The notes below the pieces were generated by a model. It had not been told where the DNA came from. It did not search any database and saw only the letters and a list, made by a program, of their open reading frames with translations. The position numbers and the translations under genes are program-made. Below are positions 38,540 through 50,258 of a stretch of 64,000 bases of DNA, piece by piece. Position 1 is the stretch's first letter, and every line of letters begins with the position of its first letter. The DNA is from an uncultured Candidatus Saccharibacteria bacterium (lineage in GTDB: Bacteria; Patescibacteriota; Minisyncoccia; SW-4-49-11). The DNA is taken from contig CAZPCB010000002.1 of NCBI GenBank assembly GCA_964585065.1, positions 166,967-230,966 of the forward strand, given 5' to 3'.

Positions 38540-39805
38540 ATGCAAAATAAAAAAGAAAAAGGCTTTACATTATTGGAGATATTACTAGTAATAGCAGTAA
38601 TAGGAATATTAGCAGCTATAGTATTAATTGCTATTAATCCTAATAAACAAATAGCGCAAGCTCGTAATACTGCTAGGAAAGTTGATATTAATACATTAGA
38701 AAAAGCCTTAAGACAATATTCTATAGATAATGCAGGTCAGCTCCCAAATGTAATACTGAATCAATATAAAGTAATTTGTAGACAAGGTATTACTGATCCT
38801 TCTTGTATTAATCTTGATGTTTTGGTACCCACATATATTGCGGCTATTCCTCGGGATACACAATCAAATACTATTAATACAGGATATTCGGTAGCAGTAA
38901 ATCCCAATAATACGAATGTTTCTATTGTTGCAAATTTAGCTGAACAGTTTGTAGAAATTTCAATTAATAAATTTAATGAAGGAAGTGGTGCTTCGGCTTT
39001 ATTAGCAGCTAATTCTTGTCAATCTATTTTGTCTTCTGGATACTCAACTGGAAATGGAGTATATTGGATTAATTTACCTACTTCAGGTGCTACACAGATA
39101 TATTGTCTTATGGATACATTATTTGATGGTGGTGGCTGGATGTTGGCTATGAAAGCTACTCGCGGCACTACATTTAATTACGACTCTGCTCATTGGACTA
39201 CAACAACAACATTAAATCCCACCGATCTAACGAGAAACGATGCGGATGCTAAGTATCATACTATGAACTATTACCCCACCAGGGATTTAATGGCCGTGTG
39301 GCCAGATATCCCAACAGCTGGAGGAAGTATTCCTAATACTGGAAGCTGGACTTGGTTGGAAAAGAATTTTTACAATGGTGGTAATCGAACTACTCCTATA
39401 AATTTCTTTAGCACAATGGGAACATATAATAATGGCGGAACACCTAGTACGGGTGATTATGGCGGCTATTTTATTAAAGACGCTAAGACATTTAGTGGCT
39501 GGGCAAATGGTGTGTTTTCGAGCCAGGTAGATATTAGATTTTATGGATTCAACTTTATCAATCATCCTAATTACGGATTTAATGGTAGAGTCCGTTGGGG
39601 ATTTGGATGGAATGAGAATGGTGAGGGACTATATACTAGTCCTGCTACACTAGCCACCGGCTGGGCACCTGGGTCGGATGACGTAAGTGGTGGTATAGGT
39701 ATGGCAAGTCAATTTGGTAGTTATTCAGCTGGAGATATAATTAACTGCTGTCAAGATAATACAGGTATAAACCGATCCGCTAGAGTTGAATTATATATTA
39801 GATAA
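38540..39805 (+). CDS. Type IV pilin-like protein with C-terminal fibrinogen-related domain (FReD)
   Basis: Prepilin N-terminus MQNKKEKGFTLLEILLVIAVIG. The segment NSCQSILSSGYSTGNGVYWINLPTSGATQIYCLMDTLFDGGGWMLAMKATRGTTFNY matches the FReD core pattern C..G.SGvY.I.P...VyCDM.tdGGGWT..Q.R.dG..F. Confidence 0.7.
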   Translation: MQNKKEKGFTLLEILLVIAVIGILAAIVLIAINPNKQIAQARNTARKVDINTLEKALRQYSIDNAGQLPNVILNQYKVICRQGITDPSCINLDVLVPTYIAAIPRDTQSNTINTGYSVAVNPNNTNVSIVANLAEQFVEISINKFNEGSGASALLAANSCQSILSSGYSTGNGVYWINLPTSGATQIYCLMDTLFDGGGWMLAMKATRGTTFNYDSAHWTTTTTLNPTDLTRNDADAKYHTMNYYPTRDLMAVWPDIPTAGGSIPNTGSWTWLEKNFYNGGNRTTPINFFSTMGTYNNGGTPSTGDYGGYFIKDAKTFSGWANGVFSSQVDIRFYGFNFINHPNYGFNGRVRWGFGWNENGEGLYTSPATLATGWAPGSDDVSGGIGMASQFGSYSAGDIINCCQDNTGINRSARVELYIR

Positions 39806-39814
39806 CAAAATTAT

Positions 39815-41086
39815 ATGGCAAAATTTAAGATTAAAGGAAAGCAATTTGGTAAAAAGGGTTTAATTCCCGTATATGGAGCCAAGAATTCAGCAATAAAATT
39901 ATTACCAGCTACACTCTTGATTGATGGAGTAATAACTCTTCATAATATTCCCGATATTGATGATATTCGCGATATGATTGCGATATTGATTGCACTGGGG
40001 GCAAAGGTAGATAAAATCGCCCAACATTCTTATACTATTGATACCACTACTATTGATAATAATAAAATTCCTATTGAACTTGCAATTAAAATGCGAGCAT
40101 CATTTTTGTTTATTGCTCCATTATTAATTCGTTTTGGAGAAGTTGAATTTCCTCATCCTGGAGGAGATGCAATTGGTCGTAGGCCAATTGATATGACATT
40201 AGAAAGTCTTAGATTAATGGGAGCTGAAGTGATTGAGGATAATCAAAAATATATATTCCGATTACCCAATAAAAGTCTTAAAGGAATAGAATATATATTC
40301 AAATGGATTTCGCATACATCTACAGAGAATTTAATTATGGCGGCGGTAAAGGCAGAAGGGAAGACAATCATTTATAATGCTGCTCTTGAGCCAGAAATTA
40401 CTGCTCTTTGTGATATGTTAAGAGGAGCGGGAGCTCAGATTACTGGAGATGGTACCTCACAAATTGAAATTGAAGGAGTTCAAGAATTATCCTCAGTAGA
40501 ATATACTAATATACCAGATAGACTTGAGGCAGGTACATTTGCAATTTTAGCGGCTCTCACCCGAAGTAATATTATGGTTACTGATATTAATCCTAATCAT
40601 TTGAGAGTATTTTGGAAATTCCTTGATATGGCGGGTATACAATATGAATTAGGGGATGACTTTGTACATATTATTCCTCATCATAATAGCTATAAGGCTC
40701 TACAGCTTAAAACACATGAATATCCTGGTTTTGTAACTGATTTACAAGCCCCATTTACCCTTTTATTAACACAGGCTATTGGTACTTCGGTAGTGCAGGA
40801 GACTATATTTGATGGAAGATTATTTTATACGGATACTTTGAATCAAATGGGTGCTAATATCATTATGTGTGATCCCTATCGCGTAGTAGTAAATGGACCT
40901 ACTCAATTATATGGACGCAAAATAGAAAGCCCTGATGTAAGAGCTGGCATGACATTTTTATTAGCAGCTTTAATTGCTGAGAGAGATAGTGAAATTCATA
41001 ATATTTATCATATTGATAGAGGATATGAGAAAATAGAAGAGCGCCTCACCAATATAGGCTTTGATATTATACGAGAAAATACATAG
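39815..41086 (+). CDS. murA: UDP-N-acetylglucosamine 1-carboxyvinyltransferase
   Basis: 423-aa EPSP-synthase-fold enzyme. N-terminus KIKG...LIPVYGAKNSAIKLLPATLL is typical of MurA. Confidence 0.9.
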   Translation: MAKFKIKGKQFGKKGLIPVYGAKNSAIKLLPATLLIDGVITLHNIPDIDDIRDMIAILIALGAKVDKIAQHSYTIDTTTIDNNKIPIELAIKMRASFLFIAPLLIRFGEVEFPHPGGDAIGRRPIDMTLESLRLMGAEVIEDNQKYIFRLPNKSLKGIEYIFKWISHTSTENLIMAAVKAEGKTIIYNAALEPEITALCDMLRGAGAQITGDGTSQIEIEGVQELSSVEYTNIPDRLEAGTFAILAALTRSNIMVTDINPNHLRVFWKFLDMAGIQYELGDDFVHIIPHHNSYKALQLKTHEYPGFVTDLQAPFTLLLTQAIGTSVVQETIFDGRLFYTDTLNQMGANIIMCDPYRVVVNGPTQLYGRKIESPDVRAGMTFLLAALIAERDSEIHNIYHIDRGYEKIEERLTNIGFDIIRENT

Positions 41087-41099
41087 TCTTCTTTTAGGT

Positions 41100-41480
41100 T
41101 TTTTTACATATTGTCCCTCGCTGGCGAGGGGGGACCACAAAGTGGTGGGTGTGGACCTGATTATGAATAAGATGAGGAATATCATAGACAAAATATGAGT
41201 TATGTAGGGGCGACCTTACAGTCGCCTGTATTCCACCCCGTCCGCCTAAAGGAGACCAACCCCTCAAGAGGGAAATATATAAAAATGTAGTGTTCTAAAT
41301 ATTTCCTGCCTAGGTTGTGGGTATATAGGCCCGCTCTATATCATAAAATACATTGTCCTGAAAATTACCCTCTTGAGGGGTGCCATCTTTGATGGCGGGA
41401 TGGAGGACACTATTGTGTACCTATCTACATTTTAAATTTACCTCTTTGTCTACAAGCTCCTCATCTCAATCTCATACAAA
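41100..41480. repeat. GC-rich hairpin-dense palindromic intergenic element, copy A (paralogous to 56760-57300)
   Basis: Shares the core TATGAATAAGATGAG..ATC.TAGACAAAAT.GAG..GTAGGG..G.CCTTACA.TCGC and CC.CC.AAAGGAGA.CAA with copy B. Internal long inverted repeat (41233-41272 vs 41368-41423) includes CCCCTCAAGAGGG/CCCTCTTGAGGGG. Confidence 0.6.
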
Positions 41481-41518
41481 TTAATCATATATTCATAATT
41501 TCATGATATACTTTCTAT

Positions 41519-43015
41519 ATGTATATGCATAATATTAGTAGAGATAATTTAGAAATTGCCAGTAAACAACTTTGGGATTTTTTGAAACCGTATATATCTT
41601 ATCTTAATTCAGCTGATTTAGAGCAAGTAGAAATTGCTTTTATGCAAATGGTAGAAGCTCATCAGGAGCAAAGACGAAAAAGTGGAGAATATTATATTAC
41701 TCACCCAGTTTCAGCTTGTATTACTTTGGCTGATATGAAATTAGATAGGGACACATTAATTGCAGTATTACTTCATGATGTACCAGAAGACACCGAGGTA
41801 AGCCTAAGACAATTAGAAAAAGTATTTAGTCATGAAGTGATTTTTCTTATTTCAGGAGTAACTAAATTATCTAGTATCAAATATCAAGGAGAAGATAGAT
41901 ATGCCGAGAATTTACGGCGTATGTTTGTTGCTATGAGTCGTGATATTCGGGTTATTTTTATCAAATTAGCTGATAGAATTCATAATCTCGAAACTCTTGA
42001 TGCTCTACCTCTTGATAAGGCTCATCGTATTGCTCTTGAGAGTTTAGAAATATATGCCCCTATTGCCGAGAGATTAGGTATGGGAAAATTTCAAGATAGA
42101 TTAGAGAATTTAAGCTTTCCCTATGCTTACCCTCAAGAATATAAAGCTTTAGTAGATGAGGTAAAGCAAGAATATAATATTCGCCAAAATGTATTAGAAC
42201 ATATTCAAAAGAATATCGAGCATATATTTAATGAAGAAGATATTGAGCATATTAAAATTTATGGAAGAGCAAAAAAATATTATTCTTTGTATAAAAAATT
42301 AGATGCAGGAAAAACCGTAGATGAAGTATATGATTTGATTGCGCTAAGGATTATTACAAAAGATATTGCAACTTGTTATCAAGTATTCTCAATAATTCAA
42401 TCCCATTTTGAGCCTCTCGAGAATCGGGTAAAAGATTATATTGCCAAGCCAAAAGATAATGGATATCAAAGTATTCATACTACTGTTCGAGACAAGGATA
42501 CAGGAACGGTATTTGAAGTACAAATTCGCACGGAGGAAATGCATGAATATTGTGAATATGGAGTTGCATCACATTGGTCGTATAAACAAAAATCAGATAT
42601 AGATACTCATTCTTTTATTGATACAGATAAATTTAAATGGATACAAGATTTAGTTAATTTAGGTAAAGAGCCATTGTCGGAAGAAGAGTATTTACAATAT
42701 GTAAAATTAGATTTATTTCAGGATCAAATTTTTGTTATGACACCAAAGGGGGATGCTATTCGTTTACTTGAAGGTGCTACGGCTCTTGATTTTGCTTTTC
42801 GTATTCATCAAGATATTGGAAGACATGCGAGCCTAGCTAAGGTAAATGGAAGCCCGGTTAAATTATCAGAAAAGTTAAAAAATGGTGATATAGTAGAAAT
42901 TATCACCGATAAAAAACAAAAGCCTCATCGTGATTGGTTGAATATGGTCAAAACTCCTTCAGCAGCTCGTACTATACGCAATAATTTGCGTAAACAGGGG
43001 GTTAAATTGGGATAA
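41519..43015 (+). CDS. Short RelA/SpoT-homologue (p)ppGpp synthetase/hydrolase (HD + synthetase + TGS, no ACT/C-terminal regulatory region)
   Basis: HD motif HDVPEDT. Synthetase motifs (GRAKKYYSLYKKL, DLIALRII, YQSIHTTV, EVQIRTEEMHE). TGS domain at the C-terminus. 498 aa. Confidence 0.85.
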   Translation: MYMHNISRDNLEIASKQLWDFLKPYISYLNSADLEQVEIAFMQMVEAHQEQRRKSGEYYITHPVSACITLADMKLDRDTLIAVLLHDVPEDTEVSLRQLEKVFSHEVIFLISGVTKLSSIKYQGEDRYAENLRRMFVAMSRDIRVIFIKLADRIHNLETLDALPLDKAHRIALESLEIYAPIAERLGMGKFQDRLENLSFPYAYPQEYKALVDEVKQEYNIRQNVLEHIQKNIEHIFNEEDIEHIKIYGRAKKYYSLYKKLDAGKTVDEVYDLIALRIITKDIATCYQVFSIIQSHFEPLENRVKDYIAKPKDNGYQSIHTTVRDKDTGTVFEVQIRTEEMHEYCEYGVASHWSYKQKSDIDTHSFIDTDKFKWIQDLVNLGKEPLSEEEYLQYVKLDLFQDQIFVMTPKGDAIRLLEGATALDFAFRIHQDIGRHASLAKVNGSPVKLSEKLKNGDIVEIITDKKQKPHRDWLNMVKTPSAARTIRNNLRKQGVKLG

Positions 43016-43053
43016 ACTATGATATACTAATATAAGAGTAGTTAAGGAATGAT

Positions 43054-44055
43054 ATGGCGAAAAGAATAGGAATAGATTTGGGAACTGCAAATGTACTAGT
43101 ATTTTTACCCAATAAAGGTATTGTAATCAATGAGCCTTCAGTGGTGGCTGTTGATTTATATGATAATACAATTTTAGCTGTAGGAAATCAGGCCAAAGAA
43201 ATGATTGGAAGAACTCCTGATGGAATAAAAGCAGTACGCCCAATTCGAGATGGAGTTATTGCTGATTATCGAATGACAGAAGCTTTGATTGGATATTTAA
43301 TTCAAAAGGTAAGTAGTCGTATTCGTATTTTTCGACCAGATTGTATTATATCGGTTCCGGCTTCCATTACTTCTACCGAAAAAAGAGCGGTAATAGAAGT
43401 TGCTATGAATGTAGGGGCTCGCAATGCTTATGTGGTCAAAGAACCAATTTTAGCAGCCCTTGGAGCTGGTATTCCTATTGATGTCGCATCTGGAAGTATG
43501 GTTATTGATATTGGAGGAGGAACCACTGAGGTGGGAGTTATTTCTCTTGGAGGTATTGTCGCCTTTGCTTCAGCCCGAGTAGCGGGAGACAAATTAACTG
43601 AGGCAATAGTAATGCATATCAAGAAAAAATATAGTCTTGCTATTGGAGAGCAAACAGCAGAGGATATCAAAAAACATCTTGGCTCAGCACTTCCTATTGA
43701 AACCGATACTATGGATATTAGAGGTCGTGATGTATTGACTGGATTACCAAAAAATGTCACAATTACTTCAGAAGAAGTGACAATTGCGATGCAGGCTGAA
43801 CTTCGAGAAATTGTACAAACAGTAAAAAATGTTTTGCAGGATACTCCACCGGAACTGGCTAGTGATATTATTGAAAAAGGTATTGTGATTACAGGTGGTG
43901 GAGCTTTACTCAAAAATATAGCCGAACTTATTTCGAAATCAACAGGTGTGCCTTGTACTATTGCAGAAGATCCACTTTACTGTGTCGCTAAAGGAACAGG
44001 AATTATGCTTGATAGCCTCGATAAATATAAAAGAGTACTTGGACAACAAAGATAA
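43054..44055 (+). CDS. mreB: Rod shape-determining protein MreB
   Basis: Actin-fold motifs IGIDLGTANVLV, DIGGGTTEVGVIS, ITGGGALL. Confidence 0.9.
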   Translation: MAKRIGIDLGTANVLVFLPNKGIVINEPSVVAVDLYDNTILAVGNQAKEMIGRTPDGIKAVRPIRDGVIADYRMTEALIGYLIQKVSSRIRIFRPDCIISVPASITSTEKRAVIEVAMNVGARNAYVVKEPILAALGAGIPIDVASGSMVIDIGGGTTEVGVISLGGIVAFASARVAGDKLTEAIVMHIKKKYSLAIGEQTAEDIKKHLGSALPIETDTMDIRGRDVLTGLPKNVTITSEEVTIAMQAELREIVQTVKNVLQDTPPELASDIIEKGIVITGGGALLKNIAELISKSTGVPCTIAEDPLYCVAKGTGIMLDSLDKYKRVLGQQR

Positions 44056-44069
44056 AAATAATATCCACT

Positions 44070-45158
44070 ATGGTTATTGCTATTGATGCTTCAAAATTAG
44101 AAGTCATACATAAAACAGGTACCGAATATTATGCCGAGACATTAATTCGGGGATTATTACAATCTATCTCAGCCGAGCATAGTATTATTTTGTATTCACA
44201 TAAAGCTTTGCCTCAAGATATATGTGAAATTCACCCCAATACTCAAAATCATCTTATTAGCAATAATTTTCTCTGGACTTTATGGGGGTTGTCTCTTGCC
44301 TTACTCAAAGATAAGCCTAATAGATTTTATACTCCTGCGAGTATTATTCCTCCTATTCATCCCAAGCGAAGTATTATTGTAATACATGGACTTGAATATG
44401 AGGCTTTTCCTCAAGCCTATTCTTTATTCCGATTTTGGCATTTGGCTATATTCACCAAATTATCTGCTCGCTGGGCTTATAAGATTATAACTCCTACCAC
44501 TTCAACCAAAGAAGATTTAGCAAGTGAATATGAGATCAAAGAGAATAAAATTATTGTTATCCCTTCAGGTATACCACAGTCTCAGCAAAAAGATAAGGAT
44601 AGTATTCGACCAGAAATTGAATCATTAGTAAATACCACATATATTTTTGCAATTGGAAGAAAAGAATTACGTAAAAATCTTATTACCCTTATTAAAGCTT
44701 TTGATTTAGTAAAAAAAGATAAGCCAGAATTAAAACTTGTATTGGTAGGAGTTCCAGGATATGGGTATCGCGATATTCTCATGCAAATTAAAAAATCTCC
44801 CTCTAAAAAGGATATTATTGAATTTGATAGAGTGAATAATGCTGAGAAATTAGCATTATATCAGAATGCGAAAGTCTTGGCATATCCTTCTTATTATGAG
44901 GGATTTGGTTTTCCTATTCTGGAGGGCTTACAACAAGGTATTCCTGTTCTTGCTTCTGATATTCCAAGTTCTCGGGAAGTAGGTGCTGATATGATACAAT
45001 ATGTAGAGGTTGACAATATATCCGCCTGGGCAAATTCATTAAAAGAATTATTAGATTTTGAGCCTCAGGAAGAGATAATTACAAAGAGAAAAAAATATAC
45101 CAAGCAATTTAACTTTACAGACACAATTAATAAAACAAAAAATATTATTCTGGAATAA
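44070..45158 (+). CDS. Glycosyltransferase family 4 (GT-B, retaining)
   Basis: C-terminal E..GFGFPILEG..QGIPVLASD motif of GT4. Confidence 0.7.
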   Translation: MVIAIDASKLEVIHKTGTEYYAETLIRGLLQSISAEHSIILYSHKALPQDICEIHPNTQNHLISNNFLWTLWGLSLALLKDKPNRFYTPASIIPPIHPKRSIIVIHGLEYEAFPQAYSLFRFWHLAIFTKLSARWAYKIITPTTSTKEDLASEYEIKENKIIVIPSGIPQSQQKDKDSIRPEIESLVNTTYIFAIGRKELRKNLITLIKAFDLVKKDKPELKLVLVGVPGYGYRDILMQIKKSPSKKDIIEFDRVNNAEKLALYQNAKVLAYPSYYEGFGFPILEGLQQGIPVLASDIPSSREVGADMIQYVEVDNISAWANSLKELLDFEPQEEIITKRKKYTKQFNFTDTINKTKNIILE

Positions 45159-45159
45159 T

Positions 45160-45814
45160 ATGCCATCAATACCAAAAAAAATAAATCCTTGGAGAGATAT
45201 TTTATGGTTTAGTATAACAACTATACCTTTATTCTCAGCTTATTATGTAGGTACTGTATATGAGTCGGTTCCGGCTATAGAAATTGCATTAAAAGGATTT
45301 ACTAATACAGGATATCTCCTGATAGGATTTTCACTCTTACTAGGGTCTCTTGCAAAATTCTGGAATTATTTTGATAAGTTTCTCCATTATCGAAAACAGT
45401 TAGGGATAATTGGATTTATCTATATTCTCATACATGGCTTTATCGGGACATTGATTTATGTGCTTCCTACACCGGAAATATTATGGACAAATTATTGGGC
45501 TGTTGCTTTGGGTGTAATTGGACTCTATATATTATTTGTCTGCTATGCAATTTCAGAAATTGTGGTAATACAAAAATTAGGTGCCAAAAATTGGAGACGA
45601 CTTATTCGCTATCTTAGCTATACCGCCTTTATATTTGGTACTATTCATATATATTTAGCCAAATTACCAGTATGGCAAAGTTATATTGGCTCAGAGAGAC
45701 TATTTCCTCCATTATCTCTTATATTATTTAGCTTTGGGCTAGCGGTATTATTATTCCGATTTTATGTTTTTATATATGATACTTTGCATTTAGGGCATAG
45801 TACAGTGAAAGCTG

Positions 45815-45837
<23 letters not shown>
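45160..45837 (+). CDS. Ferric reductase-like transmembrane domain protein (MsrQ/YedZ-like heme-b membrane subunit)
   Basis: Six-TM protein with conserved His in TM segments (ILIHGFIG, IFGTIHIYL). Confidence 0.4.
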
Positions 45838-48737
<2,900 letters not shown>

Positions 48738-48756
48738 TTGACAATCAAATAGGAAT

Positions 48757-48794
48757 ATGAGTATACCATTATAGTTGTATACTCATATTTTGTT
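48757..48794 (+). terminator. Possible gyrB terminator hairpin (perfect 10-bp IR ATGAGTATAC/GTATACTCAT + AUUUUGUU)
   Basis: Perfect inverted repeat with 10-nt loop, 20 nt after the gyrB stop. AT-rich stem, so termination efficiency is uncertain. Confidence 0.35.
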
Positions 48795-48846
48795 AATACT
48801 TTTTGATTCTATATTGCTCATATAGAGGGAATATACTATAATGTAA

Positions 48847-49059
48847 ATGTTCTTTGCTGCAATTGCAGTGATTGAAGACCCTGAGATAGCCTCATTGATT
48901 GCAGCAGCATTGATATGTTTTCATAGGTCTGGATATCGACAAGAGTGGTGGAGAAATTATACGATAAAAGAAGGTAGGGTGTGTTTCAGTATACCAGGAG
49001 AGGCGGAATTTTGTTTTTGTCCTCTGCAGGTAAAGGTTATTGAGGTGAGGAGATATTAG
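48847..49059 (+). CDS. Small Cys-rich hypothetical protein (70 aa), apparently leaderless
   Basis: ATG 5 nt after a TATACTATAAT box. Cys residues in CFH, VCFS and FCFCP. Followed by a terminator at 49074-49106. Coding status uncertain. Confidence 0.25.
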   Translation: MFFAAIAVIEDPEIASLIAAALICFHRSGYRQEWWRNYTIKEGRVCFSIPGEAEFCFCPLQVKVIEVRRY

Positions 49060-49073
49060 AAATTCTCCCATTT

Positions 49074-49106
49074 AAAACCCAGATGTTTGTGCATCTTGGG
49101 TTTTTT
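49074..49106 (+). terminator. Intrinsic terminator (CCCAGAUG-uuugug-CAUCUUGGG + U6)
   Basis: GC-containing stem followed by TTTTTT. Confidence 0.5.
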
Positions 49107-49150
49107 CTTTGCTATACAAAAGGGCTTTTTTTGAGTATAATAAAGCCATT

Positions 49151-49223
49151 GCTCTCATAGTTCAACGGGATAGAACTGAGGACTCCTAAGCCTCCAATCC
49201 AAGTTCGAGTCTTGGTGAGAGCA
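49151..49223 (+). tRNA. tRNA-Arg (anticodon CCT)
   Basis: Acceptor GCTCTCA/TGAGAGC. D-arm GTTC..GAAC. Anticodon loop CTCCTAA. T-arm CCAAG-TTCGAGT-CTTGG. Discriminator A. 73 nt. Overlaps the start of track ORF 49212, which is therefore trimmed. Confidence 0.8.
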
Positions 49224-49274
49224 CATTTTTCAGACCTTTATGATATACTATATCAATACACAGATGAAAGGCAT

Positions 49275-50258
49275 ATGAAGCTAAAAGGAATTTATTGGGT
49301 ATTAGGAATTAGTCTGATTATAATCAGTATAGGTGGTGTTTTTTTAAGTTTAGCCGAGTCAAGTCAAGAGCAAAATGATTTAAGCCAAATTGGGGTATTG
49401 CATCATATTGCTATACAAGGAATGCCGGAGACTCAAATACAAGCAACAACAAAAGTATTAGAGCCCGCTCCTATTTCACGATTCCGTAAATTATCTGATA
49501 ATGTATCAGAGCCTAATTTGACCGCTCAATCAGCCATAGTGGTTGATTTTGCAACAGGAGATATATTATATCAAAAAAATCCCCTAGACCGTCATCAACC
49601 AGCAAGTATTGCCAAATTATTGACAGCAACCGTAGTGGATGATGAGTATGATTGGGGGGCTAATACCTATCTTACTATGACACAAACAGCTTTTGATATA
49701 TATGGAGGGAATTCCCTTCAGGTGGGGGAGAAATTTACTACTGAGGATATTATTAGGGCCGCATTAATGGTATCTAGTAATGACTCAGCAGAATTATTGG
49801 CTGAAAGTTTTGGAGGTGTAGAAAATTTTGTTGCTAAAATGAATAAAAAAGCTCAGGATTTAAAAATGGATCAAAGTCAATTTTTTAATGCTCATGGACT
49901 TGATGCAAAACCAGTAAGTAATTATAGCACAGCTGCTGATTTAATTAAATTAATTCAATACATGTATGATAATGACCCTGAACTCATAGATGTATTGCAG
50001 CAAAAAGAAACATTTATACAATCAGAATCAGGACAATCTATTCGATTAGGGAATACCAATGAATTATTAGGTGTTATGCCAGAAATGTTAGTAGCAAAAA
50101 CAGGGCTGACTGATGAGGCTGGGGAGACATTAAGTTCAGTGGTATCAATACAAAATCGTATTCTTGGTATTGTGGTTTTGCAGTCAGGTATTGGGGGCTA
50201 TCGTTTTCAAGACACTAAAAGTCTGATAAAATGGGTAGAAGATAACTATTCGATATGA
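49275..50258 (+). CDS. D-alanyl-D-alanine carboxypeptidase (peptidase S11, low-molecular-weight PBP)
   Basis: SxxK (ASIAKL), SxN (SSND) and KTG (AKTGLT) motifs. Start reassigned to the ATG at 49275, downstream of the tRNA. Confidence 0.8.
   Translation: MKLKGIYWVLGISLIIISIGGVFLSLAESSQEQNDLSQIGVLHHIAIQGMPETQIQATTKVLEPAPISRFRKLSDNVSEPNLTAQSAIVVDFATGDILYQKNPLDRHQPASIAKLLTATVVDDEYDWGANTYLTMTQTAFDIYGGNSLQVGEKFTTEDIIRAALMVSSNDSAELLAESFGGVENFVAKMNKKAQDLKMDQSQFFNAHGLDAKPVSNYSTAADLIKLIQYMYDNDPELIDVLQQKETFIQSESGQSIRLGNTNELLGVMPEMLVAKTGLTDEAGETLSSVVSIQNRILGIVVLQSGIGGYRFQDTKSLIKWVEDNYSI

Noticed and set aside
41100-41480. Chromosomal origin (oriC) at the repeat-rich intergenic regions near gyrB/parAB
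   Set aside because: No cluster of DnaA boxes (TTATCCACA/TGTGGATAA) was found in either GC-rich element. The only perfect box seen (about 7673) is inside a coding region. dnaA and dnaN are absent from the window. The regions are GC-rich rather than the AT-rich unwinding element expected.
43428-43913. 161-aa antisense ORF inside mreB, and other short track ORFs (e.g. 1087-1290, 8176-8364, 9396-9596, 28697-29104, 47275-47493)
   Set aside because: They are shadow ORFs fully embedded in well-supported genes on the opposite strand or an alternative frame, with low-complexity composition and no motifs.
49212-49274. Upstream extension of the carboxypeptidase ORF (MVRAHFSDLYDILYQYTDERH...)
   Set aside because: The extension overlaps tRNA-Arg(CCT) at 49151-49223. 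The start was moved to the ATG at 49275 downstream of the tRNA.
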